The notes under the pieces are model-generated. The model was not told where the DNA came from and ran no database searches. It saw only the letters and a program-made list of their open reading frames with translations. A stretch of 64,000 nucleotides of DNA, from IMG/VR virus record IMGVR_UViG_3300042868_009489; one strand, given 5' to 3'. This document shows positions 9,849-19,662 of this stretch, one piece after another. The translations under genes and the position numbers were made by a program. This DNA is from a virus. The number at the start of each line of letters is the position of its first letter. Within the stretch, counting starts at the first letter, position 1.

Positions 9849-10283
9849 ATGTCAGAACGATATGAAAAAATAAAGAAAAGACGAAATGCGCTAAGGCAGG
9901 AATGGATTTCCAATAATGGTCCTTGCGCTCACTGTGGTACTTGGGATAATTTAGAAATTGACCATATTAATCCTGCTACTAAAGAATACATAATTAATCG
10001 TATCTGGCAAAGGACTCAAGAAATAAGAGATTACGAACTTGCTAAATGTCAAGCTTTATGTAATACTTGCCATATAGCTAAAAGTACTCTTGAGCAAAAA
10101 GAAAAAAAGCCAACAACTCATGGCTCTGATAAGTATTACAGAGACCATGAATGCAGGTGTGATATTTGCGTTTCTGCTTATAGGCAAAGACTTAAAGTGT
10201 ATCGAAATAAGAATAAAAGTAAAATAAATTCTTATGCTAGAAACTATTATCATAAAGTTATTAAAGTTAAGGAAAACAAATAA
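9849..10283 (+). CDS. HNH endonuclease
   Basis: CAHCGTWDNLEIDHINPATK...CQALCNTCHIAKST; the start at 9777 in the ORF track lies inside the tRNA. Confidence 0.8.
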   Translation: MSERYEKIKKRRNALRQEWISNNGPCAHCGTWDNLEIDHINPATKEYIINRIWQRTQEIRDYELAKCQALCNTCHIAKSTLEQKEKKPTTHGSDKYYRDHECRCDICVSAYRQRLKVYRNKNKSKINSYARNYYHKVIKVKENK

Positions 10284-10741
10284 TGGGAATGTATGATTAC
10301 GTTGAAATAGAATGTGAGTTGCCAATTCCTGATTATATTCCTCAATCTATTATTCCAATTATCAAAAGATCTTTTGAAGAAAATATTTTTCAGACTAAAG
10401 AATTAAATTGCACATTAGATAATTATAGAGTGTCTAAAGATAATAGACTGTATCTAACTCCAGGCAGTTGGTTTGATAAAGAACCAGTGAGTCCTGAAGA
10501 ATTAATTGATTATCATGGAATCATAGAAGCTGACATGGTTGTATACCTTGATGATTCTAACCTTTTAGATACCGGAGAGTATCTTGGGGTAGGAGCAAAT
10601 GGATACTTAAGCAGGATCAGTGGTCCAAATATTAAAAGAAATTGGATCTATATAACTTATAAATTAAAGTTTACAGATGGATACCTTGTAGATATATCAA
10701 TGATTAGCCCAACTGAAAATGAGCTTTTGAAGTTGATTTAA
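10283..10741 (+). CDS. hypothetical protein
   Basis: 152 aa ORF overlapping upstream stop. Confidence 0.6.
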   Translation: MGMYDYVEIECELPIPDYIPQSIIPIIKRSFEENIFQTKELNCTLDNYRVSKDNRLYLTPGSWFDKEPVSPEELIDYHGIIEADMVVYLDDSNLLDTGEYLGVGANGYLSRISGPNIKRNWIYITYKLKFTDGYLVDISMISPTENELLKLI

Positions 10742-10801
10742 AATTGTTTTATCTGTATTACAATAGCCTTACTATGCGTTTAACCAATATTTGAGGTAGT
10801 T

Positions 10802-11164
10802 ATGAAAGAAAAATTAGATTGTGCACGCTGCGAGCAGAAGTGGGAACGTGAAAGGACTAGAGGCAGAAAGCCAGTATTCTGTCCTGAATGCACTGAAATA
10901 AACGCCCAGGAAGAAACTGAGCATACTAGTGCCCCTTCGATAAAAGCGGTTAAGACTATTGAGGACTCCGACAGAACATATAAGTTCTATATCCCAGCGC
11001 CAAGCCAATGGCTGTGTGACCACTGTGATGTTACCCTTAAGGTCAACGTGGGCGTTATAGAGGTCCCCGTGCACCTCTGCGCGAAGCGTAGATCTATGTC
11101 CTTTCCATTTATTCAAAAGGCTCGGCAAAGCACAAAACTACTTTCAATAGGGGAAAATTCATGA
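10802..11164 (+). CDS. zinc-ribbon-like protein
   Basis: CARCEQKW...PVFCPEC and CDHCD cysteine pairs. Confidence 0.55.
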   Translation: MKEKLDCARCEQKWERERTRGRKPVFCPECTEINAQEETEHTSAPSIKAVKTIEDSDRTYKFYIPAPSQWLCDHCDVTLKVNVGVIEVPVHLCAKRRSMSFPFIQKARQSTKLLSIGENS

Positions 11165-11388
11165 ATCCACAAGAAATCCATTTTGATGAATGGATTAAAA
11201 TAGGGATTAATAAAGGGTGGTGTGGACCAGCAGTTTGTTATACTCATGATGGACTCCCCACTACTGCCAAAGAAGATGAAGAACTATATGAGGGCGATCC
11301 TTGTATCCACATATTTAGGTTATATGAAGATATAGATACTAAAAAGGAAGTAGAAGAAAACCATTCTCCTTCATTATGGAGAATGTAA
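11161..11388 (+). CDS. hypothetical protein
   Basis: ATGA overlap with upstream gene. Confidence 0.5.
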   Translation: MNPQEIHFDEWIKIGINKGWCGPAVCYTHDGLPTTAKEDEELYEGDPCIHIFRLYEDIDTKKEVEENHSPSLWRM

Positions 11389-11592
11389 TCTAATTTAATA
11401 TATTTATTCTATTTAAAGGCTAAATTAAATCATTTAAAAGAATAGGATAAATATGAAAACAATTAATTTAATTATTACTTTTATTAAAAGAACTTGGCCT
11501 TCTTTTAAATACTTAGTTAAAGCGCTTGCTCCAATCCTATAATGTCTGCTATACTTACTTCCTTGTCTTAAGTATATTTTAGAGGGATCCGT

Positions 11593-12255
11593 ATGACAAC
11601 TATTATTGCTATTCAGGGCGATGGTTTTTCAGCAGTGTGTGTAGACTCACGAATATCTGATATAGATAATTCTGGATATATCTCTCAAATCTTTACTTTA
11701 AAAGAAGGCAACTGCAAAGTAGCCATTAACGGAAAGTATTTATTGGGAGCTGCTGGAGATATGCGCGCAATCAATATCTTACACCATGTCTTTCAACCAC
11801 CAACTCCACCTCCTAATCTTCGAGGAAAAAAACTAGATGAGTTTATAACTGCTAAGTTTATTCCTGCATTACGTGAATGTTTCGAACAGCAAGGGTACGC
11901 TTTGCCAGACAGTAACGAAGACAAGAAGCACATTGCTGAACATGATTCTATGATTTTAGTTTCTATACATGGTTCTATCTATGTAGTTGATGGTGATTAC
12001 AGTTGGGCTTCTGATGCCAGCGGAATTTATGCATTAGGTAGTGGTAGTGCTTACGCTTTGGGTGCATTACAGGCTCTTGTTGGTAAAAAGAAAATGACTA
12101 CAGGGCATGCCAAACTAATTGCAACTAAAGCAATTGCTGTTGCAGCACGTTTCGATCCACATACCGGATTTCCATATCATTGGTTTGTGCAGGAAACTAA
12201 TACAGAAGGTAAACAACCAATAGGAAGGCCGCGTAAATCTGTTGCAAAAAAATGA
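11593..12255 (+). CDS. HslV/proteasome-beta-like Ntn hydrolase
   Basis: MTTIIAIQGDGFSAVCVDSR start gives N-terminal Thr after Met removal; DSMILVSIHGSIYVVDGDYS...ASGIYALGSGSAYALGAL matches the proteasome fold pattern. Confidence 0.7.
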   Translation: MTTIIAIQGDGFSAVCVDSRISDIDNSGYISQIFTLKEGNCKVAINGKYLLGAAGDMRAINILHHVFQPPTPPPNLRGKKLDEFITAKFIPALRECFEQQGYALPDSNEDKKHIAEHDSMILVSIHGSIYVVDGDYSWASDASGIYALGSGSAYALGALQALVGKKKMTTGHAKLIATKAIAVAARFDPHTGFPYHWFVQETNTEGKQPIGRPRKSVAKK

Positions 12256-12427
12256 TGACATACTAGAGGCTCTTGTTGCTTTAGCTGAAATAGCTAAGGG
12301 TAAAAAGGATGGAGTTATGGTTTATGCTAATCTTTTTTATGATGCGGCTGTTGAGATAAAGTCTCTTAGAGACAAGAATAATGAACTTCAAAAAGAATTA
12401 CTAAAGCTTAAAGGTATTGAATACTAA
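12242..12427 (+). CDS. hypothetical protein
   Basis: 61 aa ORF overlapping neighbours. Confidence 0.45.
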   Translation: MQKNDDILEALVALAEIAKGKKDGVMVYANLFYDAAVEIKSLRDKNNELQKELLKLKGIEY

Positions 12428-12624
12428 TGGAAATAATTACAGATAAACATACGGTTGATCATTTGAAGATGGAAAACACTGTATTAAACAGTAGAATTAC
12501 TAAACAAGAAACTTTAATTGAAGATTTAATGGACTTAGTTGACATGTTTGCTACAGGAAATGTTGATCTTAGATTTTATAAAAGGGTAAGAAAAGACTAT
12601 TTAGCCTCACTAAAAGTTAAGTAG
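12427..12624 (+). CDS. hypothetical coiled-coil protein
   Basis: 65 aa ORF. Confidence 0.45.
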   Translation: MEIITDKHTVDHLKMENTVLNSRITKQETLIEDLMDLVDMFATGNVDLRFYKRVRKDYLASLKVK

Positions 12625-12658
12625 TTTTTTTTATATACATCTTAAAGGAAACGATTTT

Positions 12659-13603
12659 ATGGATTTACCAACATATAAAAACATCTCAGTTAAAGATATT
12701 CTTTTAAATAAAAAATTTTATGCAGAAGTATTGATTAAAGATAAATTAATTGGATTTAAAAAACTAAACCCAACAATAGAAGAACATGAAGAAATGGTGT
12801 TAAATGTTTCTACCATTAAAGAAAGAAACGAAAAAGTTAATGATAAAGAATTTTATTGGGTTATTGACCACGCACATAGAGACGCTGATCTGCCAGATAA
12901 ATTTTCCCTTAATGAAGATATAATAGAGTCATACAAAAAATGGTCTATGCACCTTGATATTCAAGCAGTACTTGACCAGTCCGACAATTCATTGGATGAC
13001 AAAGTGCACATGCAGATTGTATCAATGCATATGACTACTTTTGATTGTGATGCTAATTCTGGTAAAACAGTTTTATTAGATTTAACTAAGCTGTATGAAA
13101 ACTGTCCTCAAGAATTTAAAGATAAATTAATAGGAGAATATCTAGAAAGTCATGCGTCTTCATCTGGTAAAGAATTTGGATTTGATGCTCCTCCTAAAAC
13201 TAAACCACAAATGGATAAATATAAATTAACACCTGAAATTGAAGAAATGGAATTAAAAGTTGAAGAAGCTAAAATAAAGAATTTTTTTAGCGTATTTTCC
13301 CCGTTTAGAACTCACCCAATAACTAAAGAGACAATACTATTTTGGCCTAGTTATTCTTCTGGTATTCAATTACAGGATAAGTCCAAACTATGGTTTGATG
13401 AATTAAAGTCCTGGGTTAAAGATTATTTAGACAATAAAGATAATTGGTATGAGTGGACTTGGGGTGTAGGAGATGTTATTATATTTGACAATAGATGCAT
13501 GCTTCATTCGTACACTCCTGGTTTTGAAATAGGCGAAAGAGTATTTAACCAGATCATTGTAGGGTTTGAAAAACCATTTTATGATGCTATTAAAACAGCA
13601 TGA
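12659..13603 (+). CDS. TauD/TfdA-like 2OG-Fe(II) oxygenase
   Basis: MHLDIQ, FRTHPITKETILFWPSYSSG, GDVIIFDNRCMLHSYTPGF. Confidence 0.7.
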   Translation: MDLPTYKNISVKDILLNKKFYAEVLIKDKLIGFKKLNPTIEEHEEMVLNVSTIKERNEKVNDKEFYWVIDHAHRDADLPDKFSLNEDIIESYKKWSMHLDIQAVLDQSDNSLDDKVHMQIVSMHMTTFDCDANSGKTVLLDLTKLYENCPQEFKDKLIGEYLESHASSSGKEFGFDAPPKTKPQMDKYKLTPEIEEMELKVEEAKIKNFFSVFSPFRTHPITKETILFWPSYSSGIQLQDKSKLWFDELKSWVKDYLDNKDNWYEWTWGVGDVIIFDNRCMLHSYTPGFEIGERVFNQIIVGFEKPFYDAIKTA

Positions 13604-13640
13604 TTTTATTTTTAAACAAATGCAAAGGATTTAAAATACA

Positions 13641-14336
13641 ATGAAAAAAACACATGAACCCAGAATATCTATTTTTACAGATTTTCTTCCAGAAAATGAT
13701 TGGCAAATCGTAGACAACTACTGCAGACAAAACAAAGATAATTTTGAGTTTGTTGGATATGGATCCCCAGTTAGATGGAAAGAATATACGCATTCAAAAA
13801 ATCCAGACTTAAAATTTAAACGCTCATTCTTAATGTCGGAAAAAGAATATTCTTCATTTACCAATGGTGAGATAGAAGAACCGTATCCTGAAGATAGCAC
13901 GCACGGTGATAATTATATAATGTATATGGATATACCTACAAAAAATCCAATGCAGGGTTCGATATATCAAACCTTAACACGCATGCTTAATAAAACTGAA
14001 GAAATAATTTTAGATATATATGGACATCAAACGCTTAGAGAAAGTGGTCCATGGTTAACACATACTTCAATTGGAGATCACATGAAATTACATTGTGATG
14101 GAACTTTTATAGCCAACAGAGATGTATCAACAGACTTCTCTGCAATCTATTATATAAATGATGATTATGAGGGCGGTGAATTTAACATGCCGGCGATGGG
14201 TTTTAGATTTAAACCTAAGGCAAATTCTCTTCTTATGTTTACGGATTCTGTTCACGAGGATATGATGCATGAGGTATTGCCAGTTGTGTCTGGTAGTCGT
14301 TTTGTATCTCAAGGCTTCTTTGCTATAAAAAAATGA
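13641..14336 (+). CDS. prolyl-4-hydroxylase-like 2OG-Fe(II) oxygenase
   Basis: HMKLHCDGTF, YYINDDYEGGEFNMP, PKANSLLMFTDSVHEDMMHEVLPV. Confidence 0.8.
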   Translation: MKKTHEPRISIFTDFLPENDWQIVDNYCRQNKDNFEFVGYGSPVRWKEYTHSKNPDLKFKRSFLMSEKEYSSFTNGEIEEPYPEDSTHGDNYIMYMDIPTKNPMQGSIYQTLTRMLNKTEEIILDIYGHQTLRESGPWLTHTSIGDHMKLHCDGTFIANRDVSTDFSAIYYINDDYEGGEFNMPAMGFRFKPKANSLLMFTDSVHEDMMHEVLPVVSGSRFVSQGFFAIKK

Positions 14337-15418
14337 TTCCCCTAAGTAACCCAGGTGAACTTATTTCTTTAAATAAAAAGAAAATATTTAAGACTTTTAA
14401 AAAAGTAATTAAATCAAATAACTATATATTAGGAAAAGAAGTTAAATCGTTTGAAAAAAAGTTTGCGGAGCATAGTTCTACAAGCTACAGTGTTGGTGTT
14501 GGTAGTGGTACAGATGCATTGATACTTAGCCTGTTGGCTTGTGGAATAAGTACCGGAGATGAAGTTATAACCGTAGCTAATGCAGGAGGGTATTCTACCT
14601 CGGCATGTTTGCAGGTTGGCGCTAAGCCAATTTATGTAGATATAGATCAAAATCTTTTAATGGATTTGAATAGCATTGAGCGTGCCCTGAATAAAAACAC
14701 TAAAGCTATTATAGTTACACACCTATATGGTCAGTGTATTAATGTGGATTATATTAAAAGTATTGTTCCTAAAAATATTAAAATAATAGAAGATTGTTCT
14801 CAAGCGCATGGTGGGTCTTTTAATGGAAAAAAAGTTGGATCGATGGGAGACTGTGGCGCTTTTAGTTTTTACCCAACAAAAAATTTAGGATCAATTGGTG
14901 ATGGTGGAATGGTTGTGACTAATGATAAGCGAGTTTATAAAAATTTACTTTCACTAAGAACTTATGGTTGGTCAGATAAGTTCGTAGTTAGCATTCCTAA
15001 TGGAATTAATTCAAGACTAGACGAAGTGCATGCGGCGGTATTGAAGTTGCTACTAAAGGATCTTGATAAAAACAACTTGAAAAGAAAAAAGATAATTAAG
15101 AAATACCGCTCATCTGTCCCCTCTGCCCAATGGATAGGTACAGTTGAAAACAACGTTCATCATCTTTGTGTTATATTTGAAAAAAATAGAGATCTGCTTA
15201 TCGAGCACCTAAACAGTCATGGGATAGAAAGCAATATTCATTATCCAATACCAGACTACTTGCAGCCAGCATGGTACAATAATAAGAAGCGTCTTACTAA
15301 TACTGAAGAGGCTTCTAGCTGCGTTGTGTCTATACCGGTTTTTCCAACTATGAAAAAAAAACAAATATCTACAATTTGTTCTGCTTTGAAAGAATTTTAT
15401 GAATCCAAAAATAATTAA
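14333..15418 (+). CDS. DegT/DnrJ/EryC1/StrS sugar aminotransferase
   Basis: SVGVGSGTDALILSLLACGISTGDEVITVANAG, EDCSQAHGG, GAFSFYPTKNLGSIGDGGMVVTN. Confidence 0.9.
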   Translation: MIPLSNPGELISLNKKKIFKTFKKVIKSNNYILGKEVKSFEKKFAEHSSTSYSVGVGSGTDALILSLLACGISTGDEVITVANAGGYSTSACLQVGAKPIYVDIDQNLLMDLNSIERALNKNTKAIIVTHLYGQCINVDYIKSIVPKNIKIIEDCSQAHGGSFNGKKVGSMGDCGAFSFYPTKNLGSIGDGGMVVTNDKRVYKNLLSLRTYGWSDKFVVSIPNGINSRLDEVHAAVLKLLLKDLDKNNLKRKKIIKKYRSSVPSAQWIGTVENNVHHLCVIFEKNRDLLIEHLNSHGIESNIHYPIPDYLQPAWYNNKKRLTNTEEASSCVVSIPVFPTMKKKQISTICSALKEFYESKNN

Positions 15419-15794
15419 CTTTGAATTAATTACTGGTAATAGTGGAAGCTTAAGTGTTGCTTCAGTTAGCAAGCAAATACCCTTTTTTCCTAAAAGAGTA
15501 TTCTTTATCTACGAAATAGAGAATGAAAATATTATAAGAGGAAAACACGCGCATAAAAAATGCCATCAATTACTCATAGCTTCAAGTGGATCTGTCTTAA
15601 TTAATTATGAGAACAATGGGATAAAGAATACTGTTATTTTAGATGGACCAAACAAAGGATTATATTTGCCCCCTTTAACCTGGTCGGAGCAAACAGCATA
15701 TACTTTTAATTCGACATTAACCGTACTGGCATCTGAAGAGTATGACGAATCTGACTACATTAGAAATTATGAGGATTTTATAAATTATGAATAA
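15399..15794 (+). CDS. FdtA/QdtA/WxcM-like dTDP-sugar 3,4-ketoisomerase
   Basis: RVFFIYEIENENIIRGKHAHKKCHQLLIASSGSVLI. Confidence 0.8.
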   Translation: MNPKIINFELITGNSGSLSVASVSKQIPFFPKRVFFIYEIENENIIRGKHAHKKCHQLLIASSGSVLINYENNGIKNTVILDGPNKGLYLPPLTWSEQTAYTFNSTLTVLASEEYDESDYIRNYEDFINYE

Positions 15795-16725
15795 TACTCT
15801 TTTTGTTTTTGTTATTTCATTTAATGAGGAAGAGCTTTTAACTACAATCGAAAGCGCTTACTCAAATGCATCTGAGCCAGAAAAATTGTTCTTTGGCATT
15901 TATGAACAGCGTACTGATGACAATTTTGTTGACCTAGCCTCATATGAGAATATTAAAAAAGTAGAATGCAAATACGAATTTCCTAGAGGAACAGGAATTG
16001 CTAGACTAAATGCTTTTATGCTTAATAATAACGAAGACTATTGTATGTATGTTGATTCTCATACGTTATTTGATCCAGGTTGGGACGTTGAATTAAAAAA
16101 CCAATTTAAAAATTTAAAAAACTATTATGAAAAACCTTTTATAAGTTATAACATAGACTATTGGTACAGGGATAACGATGGGAATATAGTTCAACGCTAT
16201 ACGTTTAATCCTACAATTTTACTCCCAATTAGTGTAACTCGTTCCAGTGCGATTCATTTTGAAATGTATTCTGAAGGTTTTCCTGATGAAATTAAGTTTA
16301 AAGAATACTTCTTGTGTTCTGGGCAATTTGCATTTGGGGAAATGCAGGCATTCAAAGAGTGCTTGCCAGATCCAAGAATTTTCTTTTACGGAGAAGAACA
16401 ATTACTTGCTATAAGATTATCTACTAGAGGTTGGAGAATTTTTGCTTCTAACACCAATGTATTGCATCATAAAGGCGTTACGGAAGAAAATATGCAGGAA
16501 ATACATTCTAACAACCTTCATTGGAGAGCTATTGTAAGGGGTAACGATTATCATGATGCGTTTATTAATTCTGATTTAGAATTTTTTACTAAACCGCTTG
16601 CTGGAATAACATATGATATTCTTTCCGGAAAAGAATTAGGTTATTGGGGTGCTCCTGACCAGGATTCGTATGAAGAATATATTAATAAATTAGGTTTTGA
16701 CTATAGGAGTTTAAATGAAATTTAA
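15787..16725 (+). CDS. GlcNAc-type glycosyltransferase (PF11397-like)
   Basis: ASEPEKLFFGIYEQ, ARLNAFMLNNNEDYCMYVDSHTLFDPGWD. Confidence 0.7.
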   Translation: MNNTLFVFVISFNEEELLTTIESAYSNASEPEKLFFGIYEQRTDDNFVDLASYENIKKVECKYEFPRGTGIARLNAFMLNNNEDYCMYVDSHTLFDPGWDVELKNQFKNLKNYYEKPFISYNIDYWYRDNDGNIVQRYTFNPTILLPISVTRSSAIHFEMYSEGFPDEIKFKEYFLCSGQFAFGEMQAFKECLPDPRIFFYGEEQLLAIRLSTRGWRIFASNTNVLHHKGVTEENMQEIHSNNLHWRAIVRGNDYHDAFINSDLEFFTKPLAGITYDILSGKELGYWGAPDQDSYEEYINKLGFDYRSLNEI

Positions 16726-17086
16726 TGATGAATCAATTGAAAAATGGGATGAAGAAAAAAAAATCCTCTTAGAAAATAATAAAGAATGGTTAGAGACAGT
16801 TAAGTGCACTCCGCCTTTTCCAGATGATCTAAATGAACAAATTAAGAATTTGTCTTTAGAAGTGATCAAGTGGCATGAGCTTTCTAAACAAAGTTACACA
16901 TTATTAAGCGCACTATATGAAAACATGATGCCACTACTTTTTGCTATGGACGGAGTTTCCATAGACTTGAAATCAAATCTTTTTTTTAATGACATTGAAG
17001 AAAGATTTGAAAAAGCAAAAAACAATTATATGAATAATATTAAATCAAAAGAAGATCCATATTATAGGCCAGATATATCTATATGA
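16715..17086 (+). CDS. hypothetical protein
   Basis: ATGA-type overlap with the next gene. Confidence 0.55.
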   Translation: MKFNDESIEKWDEEKKILLENNKEWLETVKCTPPFPDDLNEQIKNLSLEVIKWHELSKQSYTLLSALYENMMPLLFAMDGVSIDLKSNLFFNDIEERFEKAKNNYMNNIKSKEDPYYRPDISI

Positions 17087-17835
17087 AGAAAGAATATACT
17101 CCAACAATAACTATATTTAAAAACTTTCTTCCAGACGACGAGAGAAAAATCGTAGACAAATATTGTAGAGAAAATAAAGATAATTTTGAGTTTGTTGGAT
17201 ATGGAGGGTCAGTTAGATGGAAAGAATACGCGCATTCAAAAAATCCAGACTTAAAATTTAAACGCTCATTCTTAATGTCAGAAAAAGAATATACATTGTT
17301 TAACAATGGTGAGATAGAAGAACCGTATCCCAATGATACAAAACACGGTGACAACTACAAAATATCTATGGCTATACCTACATACGGCCAAGTCTATGAT
17401 ATCTTGGAAGGTATTCAAAATAAAACTGAAGAAATAATTCTTGATATATGGGGAGATATAACATATCGAGAAAATGGACCTTGGTTGTCACACGCTGGCA
17501 CAGGAAGTCACATGAAACTACATTGTGATGGAATTTTTTTAGCTGAAAAAAATACAGGAACAGATTTTTCTTTTGTTTATTATATAAATGACGATTATGA
17601 GGGCGGCAACTTTAACATGCCGGTTACTGGTTTTAACTTTAAGCCTTTAGCAAATTCACTTCTCGTATGGTCTGACGTAGGAGATGAAGACGCTGCTCAT
17701 GAAGTGCTTCCAGTTACAAGCGGAGATAGATTTTTCTCTCAAGGATCTTTTTCAAAATCCAAAGATTTAATGGATAAATGGACAAAAGAAAGAAATTTAA
17801 TAAATGAAACAAACAACATAGATTCAGAAAGCTAA
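17083..17835 (+). CDS. prolyl-4-hydroxylase-like 2OG-Fe(II) oxygenase, close paralogue of 13641..14336
   Basis: HMKLHCDGIF, YYINDDYEGGNFNMP, VGDEDAAHEVLPVTSGDRF. Confidence 0.8.
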   Translation: MKKEYTPTITIFKNFLPDDERKIVDKYCRENKDNFEFVGYGGSVRWKEYAHSKNPDLKFKRSFLMSEKEYTLFNNGEIEEPYPNDTKHGDNYKISMAIPTYGQVYDILEGIQNKTEEIILDIWGDITYRENGPWLSHAGTGSHMKLHCDGIFLAEKNTGTDFSFVYYINDDYEGGNFNMPVTGFNFKPLANSLLVWSDVGDEDAAHEVLPVTSGDRFFSQGSFSKSKDLMDKWTKERNLINETNNIDSES

Positions 17836-17905
17836 TAATCATTTATGTAATGTGATATGATTATATCTACAAAAAATATATTTTAAAAGAAAGCTAGTTT
17901 TAATT

Positions 17906-18178
17906 ATGGCAAGTTACGCTTTAGTGAATAGAATGAATGTTGTTATCTTAGTTTTGGAAGACTATGAAGAAAACTTAGATGGCAACGATGCAACAACAGT
18001 ATTGGGTTCAATCGAAGAATGGGAAGAATATTACACAAGGCAATTAAATCATCCAAATGTGCGCCTTAAACGTTGTTATGATTATGAAAATAATATTCGC
18101 GGAAAATATCCTAATGTAGGAGATGTCTTTAATTCAGAGTACAATGTTTTTACTAGTCCATTGAAGTGGCAGTGGTAA
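17906..18178 (+). CDS. hypothetical protein
   Basis: 90 aa ORF. Confidence 0.5.
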   Translation: MASYALVNRMNVVILVLEDYEENLDGNDATTVLGSIEEWEEYYTRQLNHPNVRLKRCYDYENNIRGKYPNVGDVFNSEYNVFTSPLKWQW

Positions 18179-18227
18179 ACTATTTTATATGCTACAATAG
18201 CATAGGGAAAGAATATAGAGGTAAAAA

Positions 18228-18437
18228 ATGGAACTAGGACAATACGACAAAGCTAAAGCGAGAAATGAAGCCAAGATGTTTTTGGCTAAATCTATAGATA
18301 TATTAAGTTTACTTTTGAATATAGATTATACAAGTTTAAACGAAAATTCTAAAAATCCATTTGATGAACAAACTCCTCAACATCAAGCCTTCAACTGTTT
18401 AATTGAAGAAGTAATTAGTTATAAAAAGTTGGTTTAA
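18228..18437 (+). CDS. hypothetical protein
   Basis: 69 aa ORF with upstream TGCTACAAT. Confidence 0.5.
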   Translation: MELGQYDKAKARNEAKMFLAKSIDILSLLLNIDYTSLNENSKNPFDEQTPQHQAFNCLIEEVISYKKLV

Positions 18438-18439
18438 CC

Positions 18440-18655
18440 ATGAGTAGTATTGGTGAACAAAGCGAATTTGATAGCGAATTAGATATAACTAAAAGACAAG
18501 GCGAATCCATAACAGATCTTCCAGATTGGGACAATGAAACAATGGATTGGGATTCTGCAACTGGGATATACTATGTTGCGGGAAAACCAGTCAGTATGTG
18601 TCAAGGAGTTGCGATGTACAAAGAGGAAGAAACCGATGACAAAGATAAAGAATAG
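18440..18655 (+). CDS. hypothetical acidic protein
   Basis: 71 aa ORF. Confidence 0.5.
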   Translation: MSSIGEQSEFDSELDITKRQGESITDLPDWDNETMDWDSATGIYYVAGKPVSMCQGVAMYKEEETDDKDKE

Positions 18656-18929
18656 TTATAATTCTTTAGAGGACTTAGAAATAAACTCTCAACATTTGGC
18701 ATCGTTCTTATATATTCTTGGAATAGATGAAAATAGATTTAATGATTTCTCGATAGATGAGGCCATAAATCTGATTAGATCTAGATATGTTTACAAGCAT
18801 AACAATCCTGATTACAACATTGCCGCACAAGAATATGTGAAAAAACAAAACATTGTTTTATGCAGAGGCATAAGAAGATGCTGGTTTAGCATACAATATG
18901 CACTTTATGAGGTAAAAAATGACAAATGA
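18636..18929 (+). CDS. hypothetical protein
   Basis: Internal ATG at 18636 is preferred over 18534, giving a short overlap. Confidence 0.45.
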   Translation: MTKIKNSYNSLEDLEINSQHLASFLYILGIDENRFNDFSIDEAINLIRSRYVYKHNNPDYNIAAQEYVKKQNIVLCRGIRRCWFSIQYALYEVKNDK

Positions 18930-19659
18930 TAAAAGATATGAAACTAAAAAATCTTTTGATTTTACCAATTGGGCATACGACTGGAGACAGTTCACGACCC
19001 AAGCATCAAAAGATGATGGTTTTCAATCTGTAGCTATTGCTGACTATTTATGGAATATTATTAAAATAGACAAAAGAAATATAGCTACTGGTGGTGCAAG
19101 TGATTATGAATTTGTTATTCATTATCCAAGACCCAATCTAGCTGATTCCTACGGCCAATCTCAATGGATGCCATTATTGGTAACTCAGCTTTTAGCGGAT
19201 GTATGTAAACCAAAACATATATTAGGCATATCTGGTGGATTGGATACGTACAAGTTAAAGCCATTTCAAGATATTTATGGTTCTAAAATATATATGTTGA
19301 ATAATAAAAAAACATCCCTGTATAAAAAATTCCAAGAAGAATATGCCCCTATAGAACATGCGGTTATTAGTCATCAAGATTTAGAAAAAGATAATTGCAA
19401 TGCCTACATGTTTGATATGATAATAGGTTGGTCACAGGAAATGGAGAACCCATTTGTTGGTCCAGATTTTTATCTAGATAGATTAAATACTAATGGTATT
19501 TTAATTATACAAAATTCTTCGGACAGCATATTTCTATATCAAAATGACACTGTAGCTTCTCCTACAGCTGCATATCATGAGGAAATAAAATTAAGAAAAG
19601 ATTGCAGGATGTATCACGTTCCACTTTTTTTTGGTTTAACAATAGTAGTTAAACAGTAA
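18919..19659 (+). CDS. SAM-methyltransferase-like protein
   Basis: KHILGISGGLDTYKLKPFQ...FDMIIGWS...LDRLNTNGILIIQN. Confidence 0.45.
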   Translation: MTNDKRYETKKSFDFTNWAYDWRQFTTQASKDDGFQSVAIADYLWNIIKIDKRNIATGGASDYEFVIHYPRPNLADSYGQSQWMPLLVTQLLADVCKPKHILGISGGLDTYKLKPFQDIYGSKIYMLNNKKTSLYKKFQEEYAPIEHAVISHQDLEKDNCNAYMFDMIIGWSQEMENPFVGPDFYLDRLNTNGILIIQNSSDSIFLYQNDTVASPTAAYHEEIKLRKDCRMYHVPLFFGLTIVVKQ

Positions 19660-19662
19660 ATT

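Noticed and set aside
10814-11128. Minus-strand ORF antisense to the zinc-ribbon gene
   Set aside because: The plus frame has paired CxxC motifs and fits gene spacing.
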